Origin: Myxococcota bacterium
GTDB taxonomy: Bacteria; Myxococcota_A; UBA9160; UBA4427
Length of the DNA stretch: 64,000 nt
Direction: 5' to 3'
NCBI GenBank assembly: GCA_041389425.1
Contig: JAWKRX010000020.1
Location: forward strand, 28,251 to 92,250
In this document: positions 50,901 through 59,270 of the stretch, one piece after another
Numbering within the stretch: position 1 is the first letter of the stretch
Layout: each line of letters opens with the position of its first letter
The notes under the pieces: model-generated
Database searches by the model: none
The model's input: only the letters and a program-made list of their open reading frames with translations
Told to the model about the DNA's origin: nothing
Made by a program: the position numbers and the translations under genes

Positions 50901-53900
50901 GGCTCTCGAGCTCCGCCTTGCGCCCGGTCCGCCGGAGCAGGTCGAGCAGGCGTTCGCGGAGCCTACCGGGCACACCCCCTTCGGCGAGGTGCGGATCGTC
51001 GCAGAGCTCCCGAACCCGCTCGAGTGCGCCTTCGGGATCGCCCAGCACGCGGTCGAAGATGCGCGCGATCTCTTCGCGCAGGAAGCGTTGATAGTCGATC
51101 GGGGTGTGGTCGCGGAGGGCCGGATGCGCGCCGATCCGGTCGAGCTCCCGGGTCGCGACCGCTGCCCACTCTTCTTCCCGTCCGCAGGCGCGCAGGGCCG
51201 CGGCCAGCACGCCGAGATGGTGGAGCTCCTCATCGGGTGAATCGCTCGTCGCCTCGACGTTCGCCCGCAGATGGACGAGTGCCTGCTCGGGCTTCGCGAG
51301 GGCGACGCAGTAGATCTCCGCGAGCTCCCGGCGCAGCGAGATGCCCGGACGTCCCGGCATGCGGGCCACGCGCTCCTCGAGGAAGACGGCCCGCTCGAGC
51401 GGCCGGCCGAGGGCGGCGAGCAGCGCGTCGAGCCGGACCAGGATGTGCTCGCGGTCGCTGGCGAGCTCGAGGGCCGATTGATAGGCGAGTACGGCACGGC
51501 CCGGGGCCGAGAGCGGACCTTCGAGCAGGGCCGCCCGCTCGAGCTCGACACGCAGGCGTTCGCCGGGTTCGGTGTGGAGCAGCAGTTCTTCGTCGAGTGC
51601 ACGCAGCGCGGCTTCGAAGCGTCCGGCCTCGCGGTGGAGGGCCGCCTGCCGGGCCCAGAGTCGCGGGTCGTTCGGCCGCTCGGCCCGCAGCCGCAGGAGC
51701 CAGGGGAGTGCGGCGTCGGGCTGGAGCCGCTCGCCGGCGAGGGCGAGGCCCTCTTCGAGCAGGGATGCCCGTTCGCGACCGGATGCGCTCTCGGCCAGGG
51801 TCGAGAGGCCTTCGAGGGCGGCGGGCCAGCGGCCGAGCTCGATGAGTCGATCGCAGAGCGCACGGCGCGCGCGCGTTCGGGAAGGCTCGAGCGCAAGGGC
51901 ATCGCGCAGGTCTTCGACTGCGGCCTCCTGCGCCGCGGGCTCCGCGCCGGCGAGCTGCGCGCGCCTTTCGAGGCAGTCGGCACGGACGTCGGGCGGGAGC
52001 GGAAGCGCCAGGGCGCGATCGAGCAGGGTGCGGGCGCGCAGCGGCTCGTCGATCCGGGTGGCGAGGGCGACCGCGAGGTCGAGCGCTTCGTGGTGATGCG
52101 GAATGCGCGCGAGCACCTGCTCGAGATGGGGCAGGGCGAGCTCGGCCTCGTCGGCCTCGCTCGCGTACAGACGCGCGATGCGCAGGCGGAGCGCGAGCTC
52201 GGTCTCGGCCGGAACGAAGGCGAGGCGGCGCTCGAGCAGCTCGATCAGCGGCTCGCGCTCCCCGAGCCGCTCGTACACCTCGATCAGCGCGTCTTCGACA
52301 TCCGGATCGCCGGGGGATTCGGAGAGCGCAGCGCGGTAGTTGCGTGCGGCCTCTTCGAGGTCGCCCAGGCGCGCGGCGGATCGCCCGAGCCGGATCCGCC
52401 AGGGACGGCGGTCCCGCTCGCCGTGGACGCAGGCGAGGGCATCGCGGCAGAGCGCTGCGAGCGCCGCATCGGATCGTGGTCCGCCGCTGCGCTCGAGGAT
52501 CTCGGCGAGGGGCTCGGCGACCTCCGGGACCGCTCCTTTGCTGGTGCGGACCGATTCGAGCAGTTCGCGCGCGCGGGCGTCGCCGCCCAGCTCCTGCGCA
52601 TGGATCCGCGCGAGTCGCAGTCGGAGCTCGTCGCGATCGGCGCTGCGCGCTTCGTCGAGGCGTTGCAGATGGCTCTCGAGCACGCGCGCCACGTCCTCGG
52701 GCCGGTGTTCCCGCTCGTAGTGTCGGACCAGGATCTCGACCGCTTCCGCATGGCTCGGGTCGAGCTCGAGAACCCGCTCGTAGTGGCCGATCGCTTCGCG
52801 CGCCTCGCATTCGTGCGGCCGCTGGCTGTCGTCGAGCAGGACGCGACCGATCGCGACGCGCAGCGCCAGCTCCCGACGTGGCGCCGGGACGCTCGAGAGC
52901 TCGGCGCCCGCGACCCGGAGCCAGTCCGCCGGTCGGCCGAGCACGCGCATGTAGAGATCCTGGAGCTGCTGCCAGACCGCGACACGATCGGGATGCGCGG
53001 CGGCGATCGCCTCGAGCTGGGCGGCGCAGCCGGCCGGATCCTGGAGCTGATCGCGACAGATCTCGGCGATCCGTTCGCGCAGCGGGATGCGCTCGGGTTC
53101 GGGCGTCTGCGCGAGTCGCGCGAGCAGCAGCCGCTGGAGCCGGGGCCATTGTCCGGTCGCCTCGCAGAGCGCTTCGAGTCGCGCGCGCGCGAGCACCGCC
53201 GCCGCGGAATCGGGGACCGATCTCAGGAGATCTTCGTAGACGTCGCAGGCGTCGTGGGGGCGACCGAGCACTTCTTCGAGGAGCTGCGCGCGCTCGAGCT
53301 CGAAGGGAGCCCGGGCGACCGGACGCGGCTCCCACGCCGCACGCCGTGCCAACAGCTCGCAGAGGCCGTTCGCGTCGTGGCCCGCGCGCAGGGCGCGCTC
53401 GAGGAGCGTGAGGATCTCTTCGTCGCCGGGCTCGCGTTCGTGGAGCGCCCCGAAGATCGCGGCTGCGCCTTCGCAATCGCCGAGGGCATCGAGCAGGAGC
53501 CGGCCGCGCCGGAGGTCGAGCGCGCGGGCTTCGGGCGTCTCGTCACCGAGGCGCTGCCGTTCGCGCTCGAGCAGCGCGGCGAGCTCGCGATGACGGCCTG
53601 CCAGCGCGAGCAATCCCTCGAGTGCTTCCGCGGCGCCGGCCGGCGACGGCTCGAGCTCGAGCAGTCGGGAGCGCACGGCGATCGCGGCATCGAGGTCGCC
53701 GATCGGATCTTCGAGCAGCGAAGCGAGGCGCGTCATCGGCTCGGCCCGGTGCTCGGGCGGGAGCCGATCGCAGAGCAGTCGCAGGCAGCGGGCCTGATCG
53801 ATCGATCGGCCCAGGCGATGATAGGCGTCGACGAGGGCCTCGAGGGTCTCGACGCGATCCGGCTCGCTCGCCAGCGCCGCCTCGAGGGAGGAGGCGGCCG

Positions 53901-55848
53901 CATCGGGATCACCCAGCTCGAGCAGGAGCTCGGCGCGTCGCTGCAGGCGGCGGCTTCGCTCCGGACCCGCGAGCCGTTCGGCGAGCCGGCGGAGCGTCTC
54001 GATCTCTTCCGCGGCGAGGCCCAGCTGGCTCTCGAGGTCGGCGCGCGTTTCGAGCAGCGCGAGCGATTCGGGTTCCGATTCGCTCGCGCGGACGGCCCAC
54101 GCGTGGGCGCCGGGCAGGTCGCCGCGGCGGGACAGGAGCGCGATGGCGCTCCGGGCGATCTCGGCGAGCTCGCCGGGCTCTTCGCAGATGTCCGCTTCGC
54201 GCTCGCAGACCTCGAGCAGGAGCGCCTCGTCCCCGCTCTGCTCGCCGACGCGGCGAAGGCCCGCGAGGGCCGTCCGATCGCGCGGCGCGAGGGAGAGCGC
54301 CCGCTCGAAGAGTGCGCGCGCCGCATCGGGGGCTTCGAAGCGGGTGAGCAGCAGCCCGCCGAGCGCGCTGCAGAGCGAAGGCGACGCGGAGGCGCCCGCC
54401 GCGCGGAGCGCTGCTTCGTGGGTCGCGCGCAGGGCGGTCCAGTCTTCGCGCTTTTCCTGCAGGCGGACGAGCGCCGCGTGCGCCTCGCCGTCCGCGGGAT
54501 CGATCGCGAAGGCGGCGCTCCAATGGAGCTCGGCCGACGAGGGATCGGAGAGCTCCTCCTCGCATAACGTCGCGAGCTCCCGCAGATGGCTCGCCTGCTG
54601 CTGCGGGCTCTGGCCGGCCTCGAGGGTCACCAGCGTCTCGAGCACTTCCGCGAGCTCGCGCTTCGCCCCGGTCGCGCGCAGACAGTCCGCGCGCAGGGCC
54701 AGCACGCGCTGGTCCTCTCCCTCGCGCGGTGCGGGCGCGCGCTGGAGTGCGACGAGCGCCTCGGCGGGGCGGCCCCGGCGCGCGTGGATCTCGGCCAGCT
54801 CGATGGTGTAGGGCCGCGAGAAGCGCGGGCCCGCCGTCGCGACGAGGCGTTCGATCACTCCGGCGAGCGCGTCGTCGTTGCCCTCCGCGCGTTCGAGGTC
54901 GGCGCGCGCGCGCAGGACCGAGCCATCGTCCTCCGCGAGCTCGCGGGCGCGCTCCACCCAGGCGCGGGCGCTCGGGCGGGCGTGGCGCTGGTGCAGGTGG
55001 ATCTGGCTCGCCTCGACGGCGATCGAGGCACGATGACGGGCGCCGGCGGCGAGATCGAAGCGGTGCTCGAGCAGCCCGGCCACCGCCTCCCAGTCTTCGT
55101 CTTCGGTCGCGAGCAGGAGCGACCATTCGACGGCGGCGGTCAGCAGGGGATCGTCTTCGAGGGCGGCGGCGAAGCTGCGGCGCGCACCCTCGCGATCGGC
55201 CTGGACGAGCGCCTGGAGCCGGCCGAGTGCCAGCCAGAACGGTGCGCGCTCCGGTCCGCGCAGGCGGACCGTGAGGCGCCCGAGCAGATCGGCCGCTTCG
55301 TCGATGCGTCCGCTCTCGAGACACAGCTCCGAGAGCCCTTCGAGCGCGGGCGGGAAATCCGCTTCCGCCGCGAGGGCGCGCTGATAGGCGCGTTCGGCCT
55401 CGCCGAGATCCCCGAGCTGCCTGGCCCAGATGCGGGCGAGGTCGGACTCGAAGCGCGCGCGCTCGTCCGGCGGCATCGCCGTCGCCCCTTCGAGCTCCGC
55501 GAGCTGCAACACCATGTCCCAGCGGGCGCGGCGTTCGTGGATGCCGCGCAGCTGGCGAAGGGCCGGCCGGTTCGTCGGATCGAGCCGGGCGAGGGTCCAG
55601 TAGACCTCGCTGGCCGCGTCGAGATCGACCAGCCGCTCCTCGAGGATCTGTCCGAGGCGGAGCAGCAGCGCGCCCTTCTTGGCCGCATCGCCCGAGATCG
55701 AGGGCGCTGCGATCCGGTCGCGATAGATGCGCGCGAGCGCAGCCCAGTCGCCTTCGAGGAAGAAATGCTCCTCGAGCGCTTCGAAGGCGCGGCGGTCGTC
55801 GGGATTGCTTGCGAAGATCTGCTGCTGCGCGTCGAGACCTTTGGCCAA
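47944..55848 (-). CDS. Giant (2634 aa) cytoplasmic tetratricopeptide-repeat protein
   Basis: Single uninterrupted ORF. TTG start at 55848 preceded by GAGGGA. Ala/Leu/Glu/Arg-rich with dozens of TPR-like units (e.g. AFEALEEHFFLEGDWAALARIYRDRI, ALRQLRGIHERRARWDMVLQL). I saw no TM segment, signal peptide or Walker A motif by eye. The opposite-strand ORFs are Arg-rich junk. Confidence 0.8.
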   Translation of the reverse strand: MAKGLDAQQQIFASNPDDRRAFEALEEHFFLEGDWAALARIYRDRIAAPSISGDAAKKGALLLRLGQILEERLVDLDAASEVYWTLARLDPTNRPALRQLRGIHERRARWDMVLQLAELEGATAMPPDERARFESDLARIWARQLGDLGEAERAYQRALAAEADFPPALEGLSELCLESGRIDEAADLLGRLTVRLRGPERAPFWLALGRLQALVQADREGARRSFAAALEDDPLLTAAVEWSLLLATEDEDWEAVAGLLEHRFDLAAGARHRASIAVEASQIHLHQRHARPSARAWVERARELAEDDGSVLRARADLERAEGNDDALAGVIERLVATAGPRFSRPYTIELAEIHARRGRPAEALVALQRAPAPREGEDQRVLALRADCLRATGAKRELAEVLETLVTLEAGQSPQQQASHLRELATLCEEELSDPSSAELHWSAAFAIDPADGEAHAALVRLQEKREDWTALRATHEAALRAAGASASPSLCSALGGLLLTRFEAPDAARALFERALSLAPRDRTALAGLRRVGEQSGDEALLLEVCEREADICEEPGELAEIARSAIALLSRRGDLPGAHAWAVRASESEPESLALLETRADLESQLGLAAEEIETLRRLAERLAGPERSRRLQRRAELLLELGDPDAAASSLEAALASEPDRVETLEALVDAYHRLGRSIDQARCLRLLCDRLPPEHRAEPMTRLASLLEDPIGDLDAAIAVRSRLLELEPSPAGAAEALEGLLALAGRHRELAALLERERQRLGDETPEARALDLRRGRLLLDALGDCEGAAAIFGALHEREPGDEEILTLLERALRAGHDANGLCELLARRAAWEPRPVARAPFELERAQLLEEVLGRPHDACDVYEDLLRSVPDSAAAVLARARLEALCEATGQWPRLQRLLLARLAQTPEPERIPLRERIAEICRDQLQDPAGCAAQLEAIAAAHPDRVAVWQQLQDLYMRVLGRPADWLRVAGAELSSVPAPRRELALRVAIGRVLLDDSQRPHECEAREAIGHYERVLELDPSHAEAVEILVRHYEREHRPEDVARVLESHLQRLDEARSADRDELRLRLARIHAQELGGDARARELLESVRTSKGAVPEVAEPLAEILERSGGPRSDAALAALCRDALACVHGERDRRPWRIRLGRSAARLGDLEEAARNYRAALSESPGDPDVEDALIEVYERLGEREPLIELLERRLAFVPAETELALRLRIARLYASEADEAELALPHLEQVLARIPHHHEALDLAVALATRIDEPLRARTLLDRALALPLPPDVRADCLERRAQLAGAEPAAQEAAVEDLRDALALEPSRTRARRALCDRLIELGRWPAALEGLSTLAESASGRERASLLEEGLALAGERLQPDAALPWLLRLRAERPNDPRLWARQAALHREAGRFEAALRALDEELLLHTEPGERLRVELERAALLEGPLSAPGRAVLAYQSALELASDREHILVRLDALLAALGRPLERAVFLEERVARMPGRPGISLRRELAEIYCVALAKPEQALVHLRANVEATSDSPDEELHHLGVLAAALRACGREEEWAAVATRELDRIGAHPALRDHTPIDYQRFLREEIARIFDRVLGDPEGALERVRELCDDPHLAEGGVPGRLRERLLDLLRRTGRKAELESRLAAHLASGAGTPREWLELAALRESDRLDWRGAALAYREAERDPALVLEAVRGRSRCADRLRDDTALAEALRDELALEDRIPRRARSALARRLGDLAWKRLHALDEARAAYRTALDLDPRDREAMASLIEIEELRGEPGEAISLYERELGLRDGDAAPDRDRRRTIQLRLAALHSTSEAGAERAIAAYREAEKLEPLAPADERALAQLYEGVGDVSQFRATFARWCDREDTTARVEDQLRLASQLAEAGETAAALARAERAVAIGPEHAGALALLGRLQHAQGRSESAIATLERAASHALPIEAARHCTLAAAIAAPLDAERARSLLLRAVEADPTSFPAHQALTRIESALDRPADAIRHAELALEIAEGRETEADERLDLALLGGRAARRLGQPSASLRLHGAAIRWAPDLPEALDGLAEAHFAAGDASAAKPFLERRLAAGASGGECVRPLWMLACALEAEGETERAAQPLREALSIDPGFDPAHESLVRLEERAARPHEALAALERWVAESRDAGLRARAGLRAAEHRLALGEIERARDHLDRATRDDPELAEAWVLACDLAAEHCDEEQVRTLCQSALEHVVPGAHSARIALRLARLAEVAGDRREAAARYAEAARWDPRCSEAALCASRLARLAGDWIEADGILARFVESHPDAESPSLAHVHLERGRLLSGPLESFEDAIGAYQRALTLLPGLAVARSALGGLLLHAPDRWREALALHREILATNPTSPASLQALATLAERRGQGEVATGARHVLASLGFAAADAPERSLPFGLALHAGPPLPSRDAERLRRLAHQVRDDLARLLELEEGESDAPPHADHLPTAEILAAFDELTAPHLARQPAALRRSLFLSLAGLFLDPGGNGGETRFRDPLDRMLGLWTRRKVRRIVEETSLPAIEAFDHEAWGDELRALAAAQILEREGMPLRPVLLALLALDERTRDAADPDRAEIAGLVSSCEAARLLMLRIAELLCEKLERSR

Positions 55849-56031
55849 GGATCCCTCGTGATCGATGCGAGATCGGTCGGTGCGAAAACCATCGGCGCGA
55901 GCGGCTCGCCGCGGTCGGGTTTCGGGCGTAATCCGGATTGCCTATCGACCGCGTGCGCGGCCCGCTTGACCGACGATTTCGCCTGCCCTTCCGCAGGGAT
56001 CGGCGCCGCAGGCGCGGGTGGGAGATTTCCG

Positions 56032-56490
56032 GTGGAAGCGCGGATCCGACGGGCCGGGCAGGAAGATCTGGAACGTCTCGAGACGCTCGTGCGGACCTGC
56101 TTCAGCGAGGGCTGGGGCCGTGCCGCGCTGGCCTCGGCCCTCGCCGGACGGGAGGCCCGGATCTGGCTGGCCCTGGGGCCCGACGGGGGCGGGGCGGACT
56201 CCGCCGGGATGGGATTCGTCCTCGCTCGGCGGATCGTCGACCTGCTCGAGATCGACCTGGTCGGCGTCGATCCGGCCGCGCGGCGGGGCGGGGTCGCGCG
56301 CCGTCTGCTGGTGCGGCTGCTCGAGGTCGAGGCGGGGGCCGGACTCGCCGAGGCGCGGCTCGAGCTCGCCTCGGACAACGCCGCTGCGGCGGCACTCTAC
56401 GCGGGCCTCGGTTTCGTGGTCGTGGGCAGGCGTCCACGCTATTACCCCGGCGGCAGCGATGCACTGCTCCTCTCGCGCGTGTTCGACTGA
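56032..56490 (+). CDS. GNAT family N-acetyltransferase (RimI-like)
   Basis: C-terminal 152 aa of track ORF 54586..56490, from GTG 56032. IDLVGVDPAARRGGVARRLL (the acetyl-CoA Q/RxxGxG/A region)...ASDNAAAAALYAGLGF. Confidence 0.7.
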   Translation: MEARIRRAGQEDLERLETLVRTCFSEGWGRAALASALAGREARIWLALGPDGGGADSAGMGFVLARRIVDLLEIDLVGVDPAARRGGVARRLLVRLLEVEAGAGLAEARLELASDNAAAAALYAGLGFVVVGRRPRYYPGGSDALLLSRVFD

Positions 56491-56528
56491 GCGTGCGCGC
56501 CGGGCCGGAGCTGCGGGAGAGAACGGTC

Positions 56529-57389
56529 TTGTCGGCGAACCACGGTGCTGCGATTGCGTCTTCGCCGGTCCGCAGCCGCGCCCGCGTCCTCGCCCAGATC
56601 CCCGAAGGCCATGGGCGACGGCTCCGGCTCGCCGTGCCGGGCTGGAGTGGATCGGCGCCCGGCCAGTTCCTGATGCTGGGGGCCGGTGCGGAGGGGAGCG
56701 TCGTTCGCCGCGATCCGCTGCTGCCGCGGCCGATGGCGATCTATCGCGAGCTCGGCGCGTCCGAACGCGCGGGCGAGCGCGTGATCGAGGTGCTCTTCCG
56801 CGTCGTCGGCCGGGGCACGGGCCTGCTCGCCGACCTGCGAGACGCCGAGGTCGTTCCCCTGGTGGGGCCGCTCGGGCGGGGCTTCGATGCCGTCGACCCC
56901 GAAGCGGCGGAGGCCGCGGGGCCCGCATTGCTCGTCGGCGGCGGCACCGGCATCGCTTCGCTCTACGAATGGGCGCGGGTGCTGGCGGCGCGCGGCCGTC
57001 CGGTCACCGTCCTGCTCGGTGCCCGGAGCGCCGGGGATCTGCTCGGCTGGTCGGATTTCGAGGCCCTCGGCGTCCCGCTGGTCGCCGCGACCGAGGACGG
57101 TTCGGCCGGCGTTCGCGGCCTCGTGACGGCCCCGCTCGCCGATCGGCTGCGAGAATCGCCGGGGGCGACGGTGTACGCGGTCGGGCCGACGCCGATGATG
57201 CGTGCGTGTGCCGCGCTCGCGGGGTCGGCCGGGGCGCGATGTTATGTCTCGCTCGAGAATCCGATGGCCTGCGGCTTCGGCGTCTGTCTCGGCTGCGCTG
57301 CGCCGCGCAGCGGCGGGGGATTCGCGCTCGTCTGTCGCAACGGGCCGGTCTTCGACGCCGCGGAGATCGACTGGGCGGGCTTGCCGTGA
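56529..57389 (+). CDS. pyrK: Dihydroorotate dehydrogenase (class 1B) electron-transfer subunit
   Basis: TTG start at 56529 after GGGAGAG. GQFLML...RPMAIY...LVGPLGRGF...LLVGGGTGIASL...CGFGVCLGC (2Fe-2S Cys cluster). Confidence 0.8.
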   Translation: MSANHGAAIASSPVRSRARVLAQIPEGHGRRLRLAVPGWSGSAPGQFLMLGAGAEGSVVRRDPLLPRPMAIYRELGASERAGERVIEVLFRVVGRGTGLLADLRDAEVVPLVGPLGRGFDAVDPEAAEAAGPALLVGGGTGIASLYEWARVLAARGRPVTVLLGARSAGDLLGWSDFEALGVPLVAATEDGSAGVRGLVTAPLADRLRESPGATVYAVGPTPMMRACAALAGSAGARCYVSLENPMACGFGVCLGCAAPRSGGGFALVCRNGPVFDAAEIDWAGLP

Positions 57390-58375
57390 GCGAACCGCGG
57401 CACGGCACGTCCGGGCCGGGCGGCGGCGCAGTGGCGGGCGACGCGCGCGTGGGCGAGGTCGACGAGCGGGTCGTGCTCGCCGGGATTCCGCTGCGCAACG
57501 CGGTGCTGACCGCATCGGGCACGTTCGGCTACGGCACCGAGCTCGCCCCCTTCCTCGACCTGACCCGGATCGGCGGCTTCGTCGCGAAGAGCCTGACCCT
57601 CGAGCCGCGGCACGGCAATCCGCCGCCGCGCATCGCCGAAGCGCCGGCGGGCATGTTGAACGCGATCAGTATCGAGAACGTCGGCGTGAAGGCGTTCCTG
57701 GAAGAGAAGCTGCCGGCGCTGCCGGAGGGTGTGGTGGTGATCGCGAGTGCCTTCGGGACCGAGCCCGGCCTCTATGCCGAGCTGGTCGCGCGGGTGACGG
57801 CGCATCCGCGGGTCGCGGGCATCGAGATCAATGCGTCGTGCCCCCACGTGAAGGCGGGCGGGATCGAGTTCGGCCAGGACCCGAAGCTGCTCGCCGAGCT
57901 CGTCGCGACCGTCCGGCGGGCGACGGCGGGCCCGCTGCTCGTGAAGCTCTCGCCCAACGTCACGCGGATCGCGGACATGGCGAAGGTCTGCGAGGCCGAG
58001 GGCGCCGACGGCATCACTCTGATCAACGCGATCCAGGCGATGGAGGTCGACGTCGAGCGGCGACGACCGGTGCTCTCGAACGTGCTCGGCGGGCTATCGG
58101 GCCCGGCGATCCGGCCGATCGCCCTGCGGATGGTCTGGCAGGCGGCCCAGGCGGTCCGGATCCCGATCTGTGGCGTCGGCGGCATCGCGAGCGCCGAGGA
58201 TGCGGTGAAATTCCTGCTCTGCGGGGCGAGCGCCGTCCAGGTCGGGACCCTGAACTACCTCGATCCCACCGCGGCGGTCGCGATCGCCGAGGGCATCGCG
58301 GATTACGCCCGGCGCCACGGCTTCGCGCGGGTCGCCGACCTCACGGGAGCGCTCGTTTCCCCCAAGGGCAAATAG
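57386..58375 (+). CDS. pyrD: Dihydroorotate dehydrogenase (class 1B) catalytic subunit
   Basis: GTG overlaps the pyrK stop (GTGA). LRNAVLTASGTFGYG...GFVAKSLTLEPRHGNPPPR...GMLNAISIEN...EINASCPHV...KLSPNV...GGLSGPAIRPIAL. Confidence 0.9.
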   Translation: MSEPRHGTSGPGGGAVAGDARVGEVDERVVLAGIPLRNAVLTASGTFGYGTELAPFLDLTRIGGFVAKSLTLEPRHGNPPPRIAEAPAGMLNAISIENVGVKAFLEEKLPALPEGVVVIASAFGTEPGLYAELVARVTAHPRVAGIEINASCPHVKAGGIEFGQDPKLLAELVATVRRATAGPLLVKLSPNVTRIADMAKVCEAEGADGITLINAIQAMEVDVERRRPVLSNVLGGLSGPAIRPIALRMVWQAAQAVRIPICGVGGIASAEDAVKFLLCGASAVQVGTLNYLDPTAAVAIAEGIADYARRHGFARVADLTGALVSPKGK

Positions 58376-58584
58376 CCGAAAAACGCAGCTTCCTTGCCAT
58401 CTTGCCGGCACTCATTTAATTTGCCCGGGCTCGCGCGGCCCGTCACGGGCTGCATCGGGTACAGCTTTTCGGGTCGATCGGTGTGGCGCGGTGGGGATCC
58501 GACGAAGTCCCTGGCCGAAGCGTCGGAAACGGCGTGAGGGTCGCACCGGTTCGAAGCCGCCAGGAAAGTGGGCGATTCGTCCGC

Positions 58585-58620
58585 TTTTTTTTGTTTTGGG
58601 GGTCGGTTTTCATCGCTCCC
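58585..58620 (+). other. T-rich tract (T8-G-T4...GGTTTT) in the pyrD-rimP spacer
   Basis: ccgcTTTTTTTTgTTTTgggggtcggTTTTc is a striking AT patch in a ~70% GC context. I found no convincing preceding stem, so its role (terminator, promoter UP-element or leader) is unresolved. Confidence 0.3.
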
Positions 58621-58700
58621 TCGCCGTCCTTCGGGAGCGCGGCGGGTGGATGCAGTGCGACCGGCCGGCGGCCGGTTCGGGTGCGTGGGGACGAGCGAGG

Positions 58701-59270
58701 ATGACGCGCCTGGAAGGCGCGAGAGGAAGAGAGGAAGCCAACATCTATCGGGACATCCCGGAGCCGATGCGCGCGCTGATCGAACCCGTCGTGGACGAGC
58801 ACGATTGCGAGCTGGTCGACGTCGAGGTGACCCGTCCGCGTGGGCCGGGCCTGCTGCGGATCGTGGTCGACAGTCGGGCGGGGGATGGCCGGGTGCCGAT
58901 CGAGCGATGTGCCGCGATCTCCCGGGAGCTCTCGACGCTGCTCGACGCCGCGGACTTCATGCCGGGCGCCTATCGGCTGGAGGTCTCGTCGCCGGGACTC
59001 GATCGGATGTTGACGCGGGAGAAGGATTTCGACGCTGCGGTGGGCAAGGAGATCCGGGTGCAGACCCGGCGGCCGCTCGAGGGTCGCAAGCGCTTTCGCG
59101 GACGACTGGTCTCGTTCGACGCGGGCGTGCTGAAGATGAACGTGGATGGGGATCCGGCCTTGATTCCCTTCGACGAGGTCGAGAAGGCCAATACGATCTA
59201 TGAGTTCACGAGCGCCGACTTCGCGAAGGAGTCGAGGCTGCGTGACTCGAGCCAGTCGGGCGGAGTGTGA
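58701..59270 (+). CDS. rimP: Ribosome maturation factor RimP
   Basis: LIEPVVDEHDCELVDVEV...LRIVVD...LEVSSPGLDRMLT. Start ambiguous: ATG 58701 or 58767. Confidence 0.8.
   Translation: MTRLEGARGREEANIYRDIPEPMRALIEPVVDEHDCELVDVEVTRPRGPGLLRIVVDSRAGDGRVPIERCAAISRELSTLLDAADFMPGAYRLEVSSPGLDRMLTREKDFDAAVGKEIRVQTRRPLEGRKRFRGRLVSFDAGVLKMNVDGDPALIPFDEVEKANTIYEFTSADFAKESRLRDSSQSGGV

Noticed and set aside
58385-58399. Sigma-54-like -24/-12 element on the minus strand (TGGCAaGgaagcTGC).
   Set aside because: The spacing matches the consensus. However, it points into the 3' end of pyrD, which is on the opposite strand. There is no downstream gene and no enhancer-binding protein gene nearby, so it is most likely a chance match.
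58548-58556. tRNA T-loop-like ggttcgaag in the pyrD-rimP spacer (by analogy with metY upstream of the E. coli nusA operon).
   Set aside because: The flanking bases do not form a T-stem (accgg versus ccgcc). I could not build an acceptor, D or anticodon arm around it.
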